Made by a program: the position numbers and the translations under genes. The notes below the pieces were generated by a model. It did not search any database and was not told the DNA's origin. It was given only the letters and a program-made list of their open reading frames with translations. A DNA stretch of 64,000 nucleotides from Macrostomum lignano (taxonomy: Eukaryota). The stretch covers positions 310,001-374,000 of the forward strand of contig NIVC01000069.1 of the NCBI GenBank assembly GCA_002269645.1, read 5' to 3'. This document shows positions 32,420 to 43,311 of the stretch, one piece after another; the first letter of the stretch is position 1; each line of letters begins with the position of its first letter.

Positions 32420-33637
32420 TCTCAGCTCTCTTCTCTTTTTTCTCTCCTCTTATCTCCCCTCTGCTCTCTTCCTTCTACCCTCTCCTCCCTCCCCTCCTCT
32501 CCCTCTCTCTCCTCTCCTCCCTCCTCTCCCCTCTCCTCCCTCCTCCTCCTCTCCCCTCCTCCTCCTCTCCCTCCTCTCTCCTCCCTCCTCTCTCCCTCTC
32601 CTCTCTCCCCTCCTCTCCCTCTCCTCCTCCCCTCCTCTCCCTCTCCTCTCTCCCCTCCTCTCCCCTCTCCTCCCTCCCCTCCTCTCCCTCTCCTCCCTCC
32701 CCTCCTCTCCCTCTCCTCCTCCCTCCTCTCCCCTCTCCTCTCCCCTCTCCTCTCTTCCCTCCTCTCCCTCTCCTCTCCCCTCTTCTCTCTCCCCTCCTCT
32801 CCCCTCTCCTCTCTCCCTCCTCTCCCCTCTCCTCCCTCCCCTCCTCTCCCCTCTCCTCCCTCCCCTCCTCTCCCCTCTCCTCCCTCCCCTCCTCTCCCCT
32901 CCCTCCTCTCCCCTCTCCTCTCTTCCCTCCTCTCCCCTCTCCTCTCCCCTCTTCTCTCTCCCCTCCTCTCCCTCTCCTCTCTCCCCTCCTCTCCCCTCTC
33001 CTCTCTCCCCTCCTCTCCCCTCTCCTCTCTCCCCTCCTCTCCCCTCTCTTCTCTCCCCTCCTCTCCCCTCTCCTCCCTCCCCTCCTCTCCCCTCTCCTCT
33101 CTTCCCTCCTCTCCCCTCTCCTCTCCCTCTCCTCTCTCCCCTCCTCTCCCCTCTCCTCCCTCCCCTCCTCTCCCTCTCCTCCCTCCCTCCTCTCCCCTCT
33201 CCTCCTCCCCTCCTCTCCCCTCTCCTCCCTCCCTCCTCTCCCCTCTCCTCCCTCCCCTCCTCTCCCCTCTCCTCTCTTCCCTCCTCTCCGCTCTCCTCTC
33301 CCCTCTCCTCTCTCCCCTCCTCTCCCCTCTCCTCCCTCCCCTCCTCTCCCCTCTCCTCTCCCCTCCACTCTCCCCTCCTCTCCCCTCTCCTCTCTCACCT
33401 CCTCTCCTCTCTCCCCTCCTCTCCCTCTCCTCCCTCCCCTCCTCTCCCCTCTCCTCTCTTCCCTCCTCTCCGCTCTCCTCTCCCAGCTCCTCTCTCCCCT
33501 CCACTCTCCCCTCCTCTCTCACCTCCTCTCCCATCTCCCCTCTCCTCTCTCCCCTCCTCTCTCCACTCCTCTCCTCTTTCCTCTCTCCCTCTTTCCCCTT
33601 CTTCTCTCCCCTCCTCTCCCATATCTCCTTTCCTCTC
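32420..33637 (+). repeat. CT-rich polypyrimidine repeat, intergenic
   Basis: Direct inspection. Confidence 0.95.
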
Positions 33638-34224
33638 TGTTATAGGGGCCAGAATTGCCACTCTAGAATATAGCTTTGGTTTTCCTCGGCCTTGCATAGA
33701 TGCATTATATTAATGACGAACAGCGGAGAGCAACTTCATTTTGTGTAGCTTTTTGTCTGGTCAGGTATTCTCCGACGGTAAAACATTTTTAAGGCAATGA
33801 GCACTTTCTGTTGTTAGCTCTCCACTTCGCTCTCAAACTAGCCCGCCCGAACCCATGCAGCCCCCCCCCCCCAGCTGCAGCACCCTTGAGACTTGAATAC
33901 TTCACCATTAAGAGCCTCTGTTCCCGCGGGGATGGGAGCTAATCATTAACTACTGCTTCCGTTTGCTTGAAACTTACTTAATGCACTATTTGTAATGCTT
34001 CATCAATGCTTTATTACAAATGAGATTTATATGACTAGATATTAACTTGATTCTAATAAATCCCACAACTAATCCAATCAAAGAGACATACACATCTAAT
34101 CTATAAGTTCATACATCCCAAGTCTAATCTATAAGTGTATACATTTCACATCTAATCTATCATTCCATAAAATCCACATTTACAAATCCAATCAGCTATT
34201 ACAAATTTAATCTATGAGTCATTC

Positions 34225-34838
34225 AACATTTAATCTATCAGTCATCTCACATCTAATCTATCAGTCATGTCACATCTAATCTATCAGTCATGTCACATCT
34301 AATCTATCAGTCATCTCACATCTAATCTATCAGTCATCTCACATCTAATCTATCAGTCATGTCACATCTAATCTATCAGTCATCTCACATATAATCTATC
34401 AGTCATGTCACATCTAATCTATCAGTCATCTCACATCTAATCTATCAGTCATGTCACATCTAAGCTATCAGTCATCTCACATCTAATCTATCAGTCACGT
34501 CACATCTAATCTATCAGTCATGTCACATCTGATCTATCAGTCATGTCACATCTAAGCTATCAGTCATCTCACATCTAATCTATCAGTCATGTCACATCTA
34601 ATCTATCAGTCATGTCACATCTAATCTATCAGTCATCTCACATCTAATCTATCAGTCATGTCACATCTAATCTATCAGTCATGTCACATCTAATCTATCA
34701 GTCATCTCACATCTAATCTATCAGTCATCTCACATCTAATCTATCAGTCACGTCACATCTAATCTATCAGTCATGTCACATCTAATCTATCAGTCATGTC
34801 ACATCTAATCTATCAGTCATGTCACATCTAATCTATCA
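34225..34838 (+). repeat. 23-bp minisatellite TCTAATCTATCAGTCAT(G/C)TCACA
   Basis: About 25 tandem copies. Confidence 0.95.
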
Positions 34839-35845
34839 TTGAATTGATTTGCAGAATTTCATTGATTTGCCAAGCACAGGCAGGATAAATGGGATCATTA
34901 AATTATGCAGAGTGAAGCTTATGAAATTCAAAGCACGTTCCAAATTTGGGCAGTTGAAGGGAGGATTTTCGTGAAGTCACTGTGGCGGTATCCTGAAAAT
35001 TAAAATTTATTCAATAAAGTGGCTTTAAGCTTTTAAGATTTAAGAAGAGGAGCTAATGTTGCCAAAGCAAAGGTTCCCACAGAAAGCAATTTAAAGTTGT
35101 TTTTTGTAACCTAAGATCAAAAAACCTAATTTATTTTCTTAAAAGCAAATTTTAGCTAGCCAATCGAAAAGCTGGAAAAATTAATTATTAATATAATTTT
35201 TCTGAAGTACCGCTAATTGGACTTGAACTTCATTAATTAGTCTTTGTCATTTGGACTGACTAATTGACTACTGATTAATAGACTGTTGATTATTAGAGAC
35301 TGGAAATCCAGTTGGAAAGTCCATATTGACCTGCATAAAATTGGGATTCAGATCTAATACCTAGTGTGCGATTTAGTAATTTGCGGAAAAAATATTAGCA
35401 GACCTTGAGAAAATTAATTTTTCTTGTCAGAATTATAGCGCGAATGGACAGAAAACATGTTCTGAATTTGCGTTCAGTGGGTGGACTTTCAAGTTCAGCT
35501 GCGGTTGTTGACAGATGAGCATTTAACTAGTTTCTGAGGATCTTGTAGGCTCCAGCCAAAACAGCCATGCATCTAGAGACCCATCTCGACAGGCAAATTC
35601 GGTCAAGTATAAAATACAAGAAGTATTTGCTTGCTTGCCTAGCACACTTGGATCCGTTGACCTAATTTCTCTAACAATTAAACAATCCAAGATATGTTTG
35701 CCAATGTCACGGAGCTTTTGTCTATGGTAGCAAGGCTGGCACAGCGGCATTAATTTGGCCCAACAAGCATCAATTTGGCCCATAGCCTCATTTGCAACTG
35801 CAGTGGAGGAGCAAGATCAGCCCCACAATTGTGGACCATATTGCT

Positions 35846-36255
35846 AGGCTGCCGAACGAATGCCATTGGCTTGTGATCGAAGCACTGGACAGAGGTGAAC
35901 ACCCAAAGGGCATTGCAAGGTTGCTGAATGTAAAAGAATAGATGGTTTACAGCATCCATCAGCGCCTTGAAAACACTGCCGGCAGAGATCGCCTGCGAAA
36001 GGGTGGCAATCGCCAAGGCAAGTTGCTCGAGAGCCTCAAGTCCAGCTGCTAAGATACTCGATGCAGTTGAGAAACCCTTAGTTGACGGTGCAGAAATGCA
36101 GCAGAAGTTGGAGGAACATTTCCAGTTGGTTATCCGATTTCGACTATCAGCAGAGCTCTGGAAAAGCGACTGGAAATTGTTGGTAGAGACGCTGACATTC
36201 CAGCGGTACGCAACAACGTGCAGACGGTTGGGGGCAGGAGTTTGCCGAATATACC
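35846..36255 (+). pseudogene. Decayed IS630-Tc1-mariner transposase N-terminal (HTH) fragment
   Basis: Frame-joined reading RLPNECHWLVIEALDRGEHPKGIARLLNVKE*MVYSIHQRLENTAGRDRLRKGGNRQGKLL / AAKILDAVEKPLVDGAEMQQKLEEHFQLVI / ISTISRALEKRLEIVGRDADIPAVRNN / QEFAEY. It has the paired HTH layout with the GGxR linker and STISRAL helix typical of Tc1-like transposases. There is a stop at 35939-35941 and several frameshifts. No DDE triad or TIRs seen. Confidence 0.65.
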
Positions 36256-37577
36256 AATATGGATGGGCTGCTACGGGCAGAAATGAGCGAATCAGCCTCG
36301 GCTCTATTTCACGCCCGCTGCAACTGTCTATGACAAAAACGCCTTCACTTCTATAGATTGACTTCATTTCGCGTCCGCTGTCACTGTCTATGGTAAAAAT
36401 GAAGGCGTTAGTAGGTCGGCGAAGCCTATCACGCCACTTTTTCTCACCTCCCTTGGCCCCTCAATATCGCGCTGTTTGTGTAAATATAAATATACGCGCA
36501 AAGCAGCGCAAAATCTTCGATATCGAACTAAAAGGCCTTCCGCCTCAATTGCTTATTTAATCGTTAAAAAAATGTACTAATCTGAGCCAAGAGTGCGTTA
36601 GGAGCACATCACCTAAAATACCAGCTTCATTTTTTGTCATAGACTATAATTTTGCTCTCACTGCTAAAAAATAGACCTTGATTAGATACGAAATGGACTG
36701 TTTTTGGCCATTTTCACACGAAAATCTTCTACGTGGAGATTTCAGATATTGAACCGAGCCTCAGCCCAGCGATTTGCAATCGAATGAACCAATAAGTTGC
36801 AGAAAAATTGACCAAATTTTGGTTCGATTTTAAATGCATTACAAAACAAACAAATGGAGAGACAATCTACGCATCCAAGGTACCAAACTCGAGCATATAG
36901 CTACCTACGGACAGGGATCGGCTAGTTCGAAGTTCCAATCAGAATTACTTAGCCAGGATTGGTCGGGTCTGGGGATGGGGCAGAACAGGGAGGAGAGGAA
37001 GTCTCATGCAGCTCATTTATACCGACAGACGTGCCAGAGAGCACAGGGTACTCAGCACTCACTACACACGAGAGAAGAGAAAAATAATTCCAGACTGCAG
37101 GACTTCTTAATCAGGGCCGATTTTGTAAGTTATGCTTAGATATTTTCTCTCTCTCAGCCAAGTGTATTACACCAGCTGCGGTAGCATCCCCTTACCCGCA
37201 TCCCCTGCAAGACCCGGGGCCTCTGCAAGCGCGCAGATAATCACACAGGGACTGTAAGACCAATCGGTGCAGAAGAGAGTCTGTCCATATGCTGCAGCAG
37301 CTGCTGCTAGAACAAACACACGCCCTTGTGCGTCTTCTTCACCATAGGGGAGGGAGCAGAGAGGGTGGCGCATAGCAACTCAACTGACCGCTGAGGGAAC
37401 GTGTTTTGTCTGATCTTCTTCTCTATCCAAAGTCCAAAGCATTAAACCAAGCTGAAAGCAAGATATCTGCATCGCCCCGAATATTGATCTAGTTATTGTA
37501 AATACAGCACAGCATAGGAACTCTGGTTAATGTTTCTACACTTGTATTTATAGTATGCGTTAATGTACCAAGAAGGC

Positions 37578-37745
37578 AGAGTGACATAATCAAGAAATCA
37601 GAGTGACATAATCAAGAAATCAGAGTGACAGAATCAGGAAATCAGAGTGACAGACCAAGGAAATCAGAGTGACAGAATCCGGAAATCAGAGTGACAGAAT
37701 CGGGAAATCAGAGTGACAGAATCGGGAAATCAGAGTGAAAGAATC
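37578..37745 (+). repeat. 22-bp tandem repeat CAGAGTGACAGAATC(A/G)GGAAAT
   Basis: About 7 copies just upstream of the 7TM gene acceptor at 37794. Confidence 0.9.
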
Positions 37746-37798
37746 AGTCAGTACACGCAGTGCAACTTTCATCTCCTCCTCTCCTCATTCGCAGAGTT

Positions 37799-38520
37799 AT
37801 GCTCCCCTATCCGCTCTTCTTTCGCTTCAACGCCTGTACGGAGGTGCCCCAGCGGCTCAGCGCCAACGAGTCGTGGGCGGACTGCGATGGAGTCGAGACC
37901 CAAGCCGTCCTGTTCGCGGCCTACTTCGCCATCGTGCTGCTGCTGACCGCAGCGGCCTGTCTGTCACGTGACAACGCCAACACCGACCAAGCCATGGCCG
38001 CTATGATGCGGGTCAACGTTGCCGCTGATGTTGTGATCGCATTCTGCCTGGTGGCGGACAGTTGCGTCACCCTGATATTCGGCGTCTGTCGACAGTTCCC
38101 TCTGATGCAGTGGGGCATGCTGGGCAGTCTGGCTCTGTCGCTGAACCTCTGGCTGGCGCAGACCAGCCTGTATTTCCGCAACTGGATGGTGGCAGTGATC
38201 GCCCTGGCCAGATACCGGATGTTCCGCAACCGCCAGAAGCTACAATGGCGCAGTTTCGTCTCAGCCGCGGTGTTTCTGGGCGCCAACTCGGCTCTGTTCG
38301 CTCTGCCGCAGGTTTTCTACAGCGTAGGCGAGGTGTGCTCAAATGACCTGTTCGGGCCGCTGGTTGTCAGGCCGCTACTGATCGGGTCGAACATGTCGTC
38401 AACATTCGATATCGTCAACGCGGTTGTGATCGTCCCGCTGCAGGCGGTGCTGCCGTTTGTATTGGGATTTGCAGCCTCAATAGCTGTGATGCGCATCCTC
38501 TGGCTGCATATGCGACCTCA

Positions 38521-38558
<38 letters not shown>

Positions 38559-38896
38559 TTCAAGGACTCACTAACCGACACAGAAATCGCTACTGGAGGC
38601 CGTTCATCGCCTTCCTGGTGATGAACGCAATGCTGCTGCTGCTTTACCTGCCCGTGATGCTCATCCGCATCTTGTCGCTAATGAACTTCGATATTAATCG
38701 ATTCTTCTGGCTATCAAACGTTTTGTGCAACGCTATTTCGCTAGCTAACATTGGCGTGTACTTTTACCTGTGCAAGACCTGCAAGTGCAGCTGGAGAAGG
38801 GAGCCGGAAGGATCAGTCAACGGTGCCCGGCAGCAGGGAGATGAGATGTCCAGGCGGCAGAGGAGCAGCGCGGTGACTATGACTGTCAGGAAATAG
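37799..38896 (+). CDS. Divergent intronless rhodopsin-like 7TM orphan receptor, 365 aa, with poly-Gln in intracellular loop 3
   Basis: ATG at 37799, 4 nt after a pyrimidine-rich CGCAG acceptor. Seven hydrophobic segments, TM3 WMVAVIALARY, TM5 LQAVLPF, TM6 LLYLP, TM7 NIGVYF, and a CAG-rich run near 38521-38556. Confidence 0.82.
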
Positions 38897-39030
38897 CCGA
38901 AGGTTTTTAAGCAGTCAATTTCCTGTTGTATGCTGACTGCCGGTGATAAGCACTGCACCACCGAGGAGCTCTGCACTCAGCTACCTGAACTGCGCCTGAT
39001 TGAGGACCAAAGACTGTAAACTAAACTAAA

Positions 39031-39822
39031 AGCTACCTGAACTGCTATACCTGCTTGAGACCAGACACCGCGAAACTAATCTAAAAGCTACCTGAACTGC
39101 TATACCTGCTTGAGACCAGACACCGCGAAACTAATCTAAAGCTACCTGAACTGCTATACCTGCTTGAGACCAGACACAGCGAAACTAATCTAAAGCTACC
39201 TGAACTGCTATACCTGCTTGAGACCAGACACCGCGAAACTAATCTAAAAGTTACCTAAATTGCTATACCTGCTTGAGACCAGACACCGCGAAACTAATCT
39301 AAAAGTTACCTAAATTGCTATACCTGCTTGAGACCAGACACAGCGAAACTAATCTAAAGCTACCTGAACTGCTATACCTGCTTGAGACCAGACACAGCGA
39401 AACTAATCTAAAGCTACCTGAACTGCTATACCTGCTTGAGACCAGACACCGCGAAACTAATCTAAAAGTTACCTAAATTGCTATACCTGCTTGAGACCAG
39501 ACACCGCGAAACTAATCTAAAAGTTACCTAAATTGCTATACCTGCTTGAGACCAGACACAGCGAAACTAATCTAAAAGTTACCTAAATTGCTATACCTGC
39601 TTGAGACCAGACACAGCGAAACTAATCTAAAGCTACCTGAACTGCTATACCTGCTTGAGACCAGACACAGCGAAACTAATCTAAAGCTACCTGAACTGCT
39701 ATACCTGCTTGAGACCAGACACCGCGAAACTAATCTAAAAGTTACCTAAATTGCTATACCTGCTTGAGACCAGACACCGCGAAACTAATCTGAAAGCTAC
39801 CTGAACTGCTATACCTGCTTGT
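39031..39822 (+). repeat. 54-55-bp minisatellite AGCTACCTGAACTGCTATACCTGCTTGAGACCAGACACCGCGAAACTAATCTAA
   Basis: About 14 copies with two alternating variants, and a diverged precursor-like unit near 38978. Confidence 0.96.
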
Positions 39823-40559
39823 TTTTAAACAATGGCAAAAAATCATAATTAATATTTGTACAAGCAGACACTAATCCGGACTAGTTTCAAGAGAATTGGT
39901 AACCACTGCACCCCAAGTGTGAACTACTCGCGGTAAATTGTTGTAAAAATTTATTTAATCCCTACCTGTAGATTTAACTGCAGCTAAGGTGGTTTACGTG
40001 ACATGTATATCAGTAAACACTTTAATGTGCAAGTTTTCAATATTAAATTTTTTTAATGGCTTTTCCGTATAACGTAAATTTACATGTAAATACTGTACTC
40101 TCATTGTGTACTGAGGCCCTTTAGGCCTCAACAGGGTTCTTGATTTGTTGCAATGCTAAACATGCCGCTTGATGTGCTAACTGTAATTTTTCTAGTACTC
40201 AACCGTTGTGTTTGTAACTGTGGACCAGAAGCTTTAACAAGTCACTGTATGGAGCAATGATTAAACGGTTCTTTGAAATGATCAAAGAGATGTCTTGATG
40301 ATTTTAAGTTTGCTAATGAAACAGCGAGACTGCATGCTGTAGCAGTACGCCTGCAGGAAGCCAAGTAAATATTGAGTGCTTAATCCAAGACCCAAGCTAT
40401 ATCTATTCATATAGAAACTCATATTCATGCAAATTTTGAGCAGCCAGAACTCAAATTTAATCAAATATCGACTCGTTTTGAGATGCGCTTGCAACTCAAA
40501 ACAGCTCAGATGCTGCTCTTAAAAAGCGGCAAATGTCAAAACTATGGGCATATAGGCAA

Positions 40560-40945
40560 ACAGCTCGCTATGACCACAGTTGACACACACAGCTCGCTAT
40601 GACCACAGTTGACACACACAGCTCGCTATGACCACAGTTGACACACACAGCTCGCTATGACCACAGCTGACACACACAGCTCGCTATGACCACAGTTGAC
40701 ACACACAGCTCGCTATGACCACAGCTGACACACACAGCTCGCTATGACCACAGCTGACACACACAGCTCGCTATGACCACAGTTGACACACACAGCTCGC
40801 TATGACCACAGTTGACACACACAGCTCGCTATGACCACAGTTGACACACACAGCTCGCTATGACCACAGCTGACACACAATAAACAGCTCGCTATGACCA
40901 CAGTTGACACACACAATAAACAGCTTGCTATGACCACAGCTGACA
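40560..40945 (+). repeat. 29-bp minisatellite CAGCTCGCTATGACCACAGTTGACACACA
   Basis: About 13 copies. Confidence 0.96.
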
Positions 40946-41414
40946 CAGCCACAAGAACGGGCCATCAGTTCCGCAAAGACACAGGAAATTTCAAGAAGTC
41001 TGCAGCTGGCATAAATCTGGTTCGGCATCGACCTTAGCTCAGGAAAAATAATTGAATTCTGTTAACGTGTATTTAATTGAAATATGCAATTTAATTAATT
41101 GAATCCCGCAAATCTCGCAGTCATTCAGAGTGGAGACACTTTACTAACAATGAAGACATAAATATTTAATTTAGCATTTTCCAAACCGATGGAGCCCAGG
41201 AGAAAGCAATTCAACCCTTAACGCAAGAGACAAATGCGATCGCAGCAATAGTCGCATGAATAAGTAGGGAACAATGCATCGGGGAATCAAGATAAAATAG
41301 ATTTTATAATGACAAAATTTGTAAATTAAATGAAAGACGAAATAATTGTACACAAGAAAATGAGTCTGTCGTATATAAAAACGCTTCGATATAACCCGAA
41401 GATAGATACTTTAG

Positions 41415-42245
41415 GGGGGAAGGGAGAGGGAGGCAGAGAAGAAGAGGACAGGAGACTACAAGGAGATATAGAGGGGAGAGGGGAGAGAGGGGAGAGAGGG
41501 GGAGAGAAGAGGGAGAGGGAAGAGAGGGCGAGGGAAGGGGCGAGAGAGGGTGGAGGAGAGGGAAGATGGGGGAGAGGGGGAGAGAAGAGGGAGAGGGTAG
41601 AGGGGAGAGAAGAGGGAGAGGGTAGAGGGGGGAGAGAAGAGGGAGATGGGGGAGAGGGTAGAGGGGGGAGAGGGTAGACGGGGAGAGGGTAGAGGGGGGA
41701 GAGGGTAGAGGGGAGAGGGTACAGGGGGGAGGGGAGAGAAGAGGGAGAGGGAAGAGAGGGCGAGGGAAGGGGCGAGAGAGGGTGGAGGAGAGGGAAGATG
41801 GGGGAGAGGGGGAGAGAAGAGGGAGAGGGTAGAGGGGAGAGAAGAGGGAGAGGGTAGAGGGGGAGAGAAGAGGGAGATGGGGGAGAGGGTAGAGGGGGGA
41901 GAGGGTAGAGGGGGAGAGGGTAGAGGGGGAGAGGGTAGAGGGGAGAGGGTACAGGGGGAGAGAAGAGGGAGAGGGGGAGAGGGTAGAGGGGGAGAGAAGA
42001 GGGAGAGGGGAGATGGGCGAGGGAAGGGGCGAGAGGGGGAGAGGAGAGGCGAGATGGGGGAGAGGGGTAGAGAAGAGGGAGGGGGAGAGGGTAGAGGGGA
42101 TGAGGGGGAGAGGAGTGGGAGAGGAGAGAAGAGGGAGAGGGGGGAGAGGGGGAGAGAAGAGGGAGAGGGGGCAGAGGGGAGAGAAGAGGGAGAGGAGAGG
42201 AGGGAGAGGGGGAGAGGGGGAGAGGAGAGGGAGAAGGGATGAGAG
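41415..42245 (+). repeat. AG-rich polypurine repeat
   Basis: Direct inspection. Confidence 0.95.
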
Positions 42246-42894
42246 AGCTCAATATCTTTAACCAGGACCACTCAGCACAAAAACTGCCGCAAGGAAGATG
42301 GGTAAAACAAGAAAATTGGAGCAAAAAGCAGGATCTGGAAAAAACCACAAGATTCCAAATTACCAAACGAATTAGACAGACAATTAGCGACACACTAGGC
42401 CAATCAAGCGCGAATCGCGATGACGTCATCAAAAAACGTTCGTAAAATCACAGGAACAGACTTTAGCAAAGCTGCGCGCTTAAGAAGACTGCAACAAATG
42501 GACATCCGTGGGTTTAAAAAAGCAGAAAAATGAGGATAGGGTGAAAAAAACGAAGCTTTGAAAATGCTTTCAAGCAGATTAGGCAGTGCACAGGAATGCG
42601 CTAGCAGGGTGAACCTAGTCTAACAATGCCTGAAATACATTTAGTTGCTATGCTAAAAAACACAACAAAAGCAGGAAAGAACAATAGACATGGAACAAAG
42701 ACTGACTAATTGAAAGCTGCTAGAGACTAGATCAAAAGTAGCCGAGAAAGCGGCTCGGTACAAACGAACAAGACGAAGCAATTAGGGACTGCGACTGTGC
42801 CGAGTCACTAAAGCCAGTCCGCATAACTGTGGGGATCAGAGCGAAAAAGGTAACGCCGACTAGCGTTGAACTGTAAGTCCGCGCTAAAACAATC

Positions 42895-43270
42895 TGAGAT
42901 TTGGCGCTAAAACTGACTGAGATTGGCGCTAAAACTGATTGAGATATGGCGCTGAAACTGACTGAGATTGGCGCTGAAACTGACTGAGATTTTGTGCTGA
43001 AACTGACTGAGATTGGCGCTAAAACTGATTGAGATATGGCGCTGAAACTGACTGAGATTGGCGCTGAAACTGACTGAGATTTTGTGCTGAAACTGACTGA
43101 GATTGGCGCTGAAACTGACTAAGATTTTGTGCTGAAACTGACTGAGATTGGCGCTAAAACTGACTGAGATTGGCGCTAAAACTGACTGAGATTTAGTGCT
43201 AAAACTGACTGAGATTGGCGCTAAAACTGACTGAGATTGGCGCCAAAACAGGCAGAGATTTGGCGCCAAA
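42895..43270 (+). repeat. 22-bp minisatellite AAACTGACTGAGATTGGCGCT(A/G)
   Basis: About 16 copies immediately downstream of the F-box gene stop codon. Confidence 0.95.
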
Positions 43271-43311
43271 CCAGGCAAGACTGGCGCAGCGTGGTCGCTA
43301 GTCAACTGTCA

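Noticed and set aside
35750-36367. 205-aa minus-strand ORF and 129-aa plus-strand ORF as genes
   Set aside because: No recognisable domain or splice context. They are better explained as shadows of the frameshifted transposase relic.
36834-37373. Short ORFs of 101 aa and 68 aa
   Set aside because: No motifs, no coding-like composition and no phase-consistent links to neighbouring exons.
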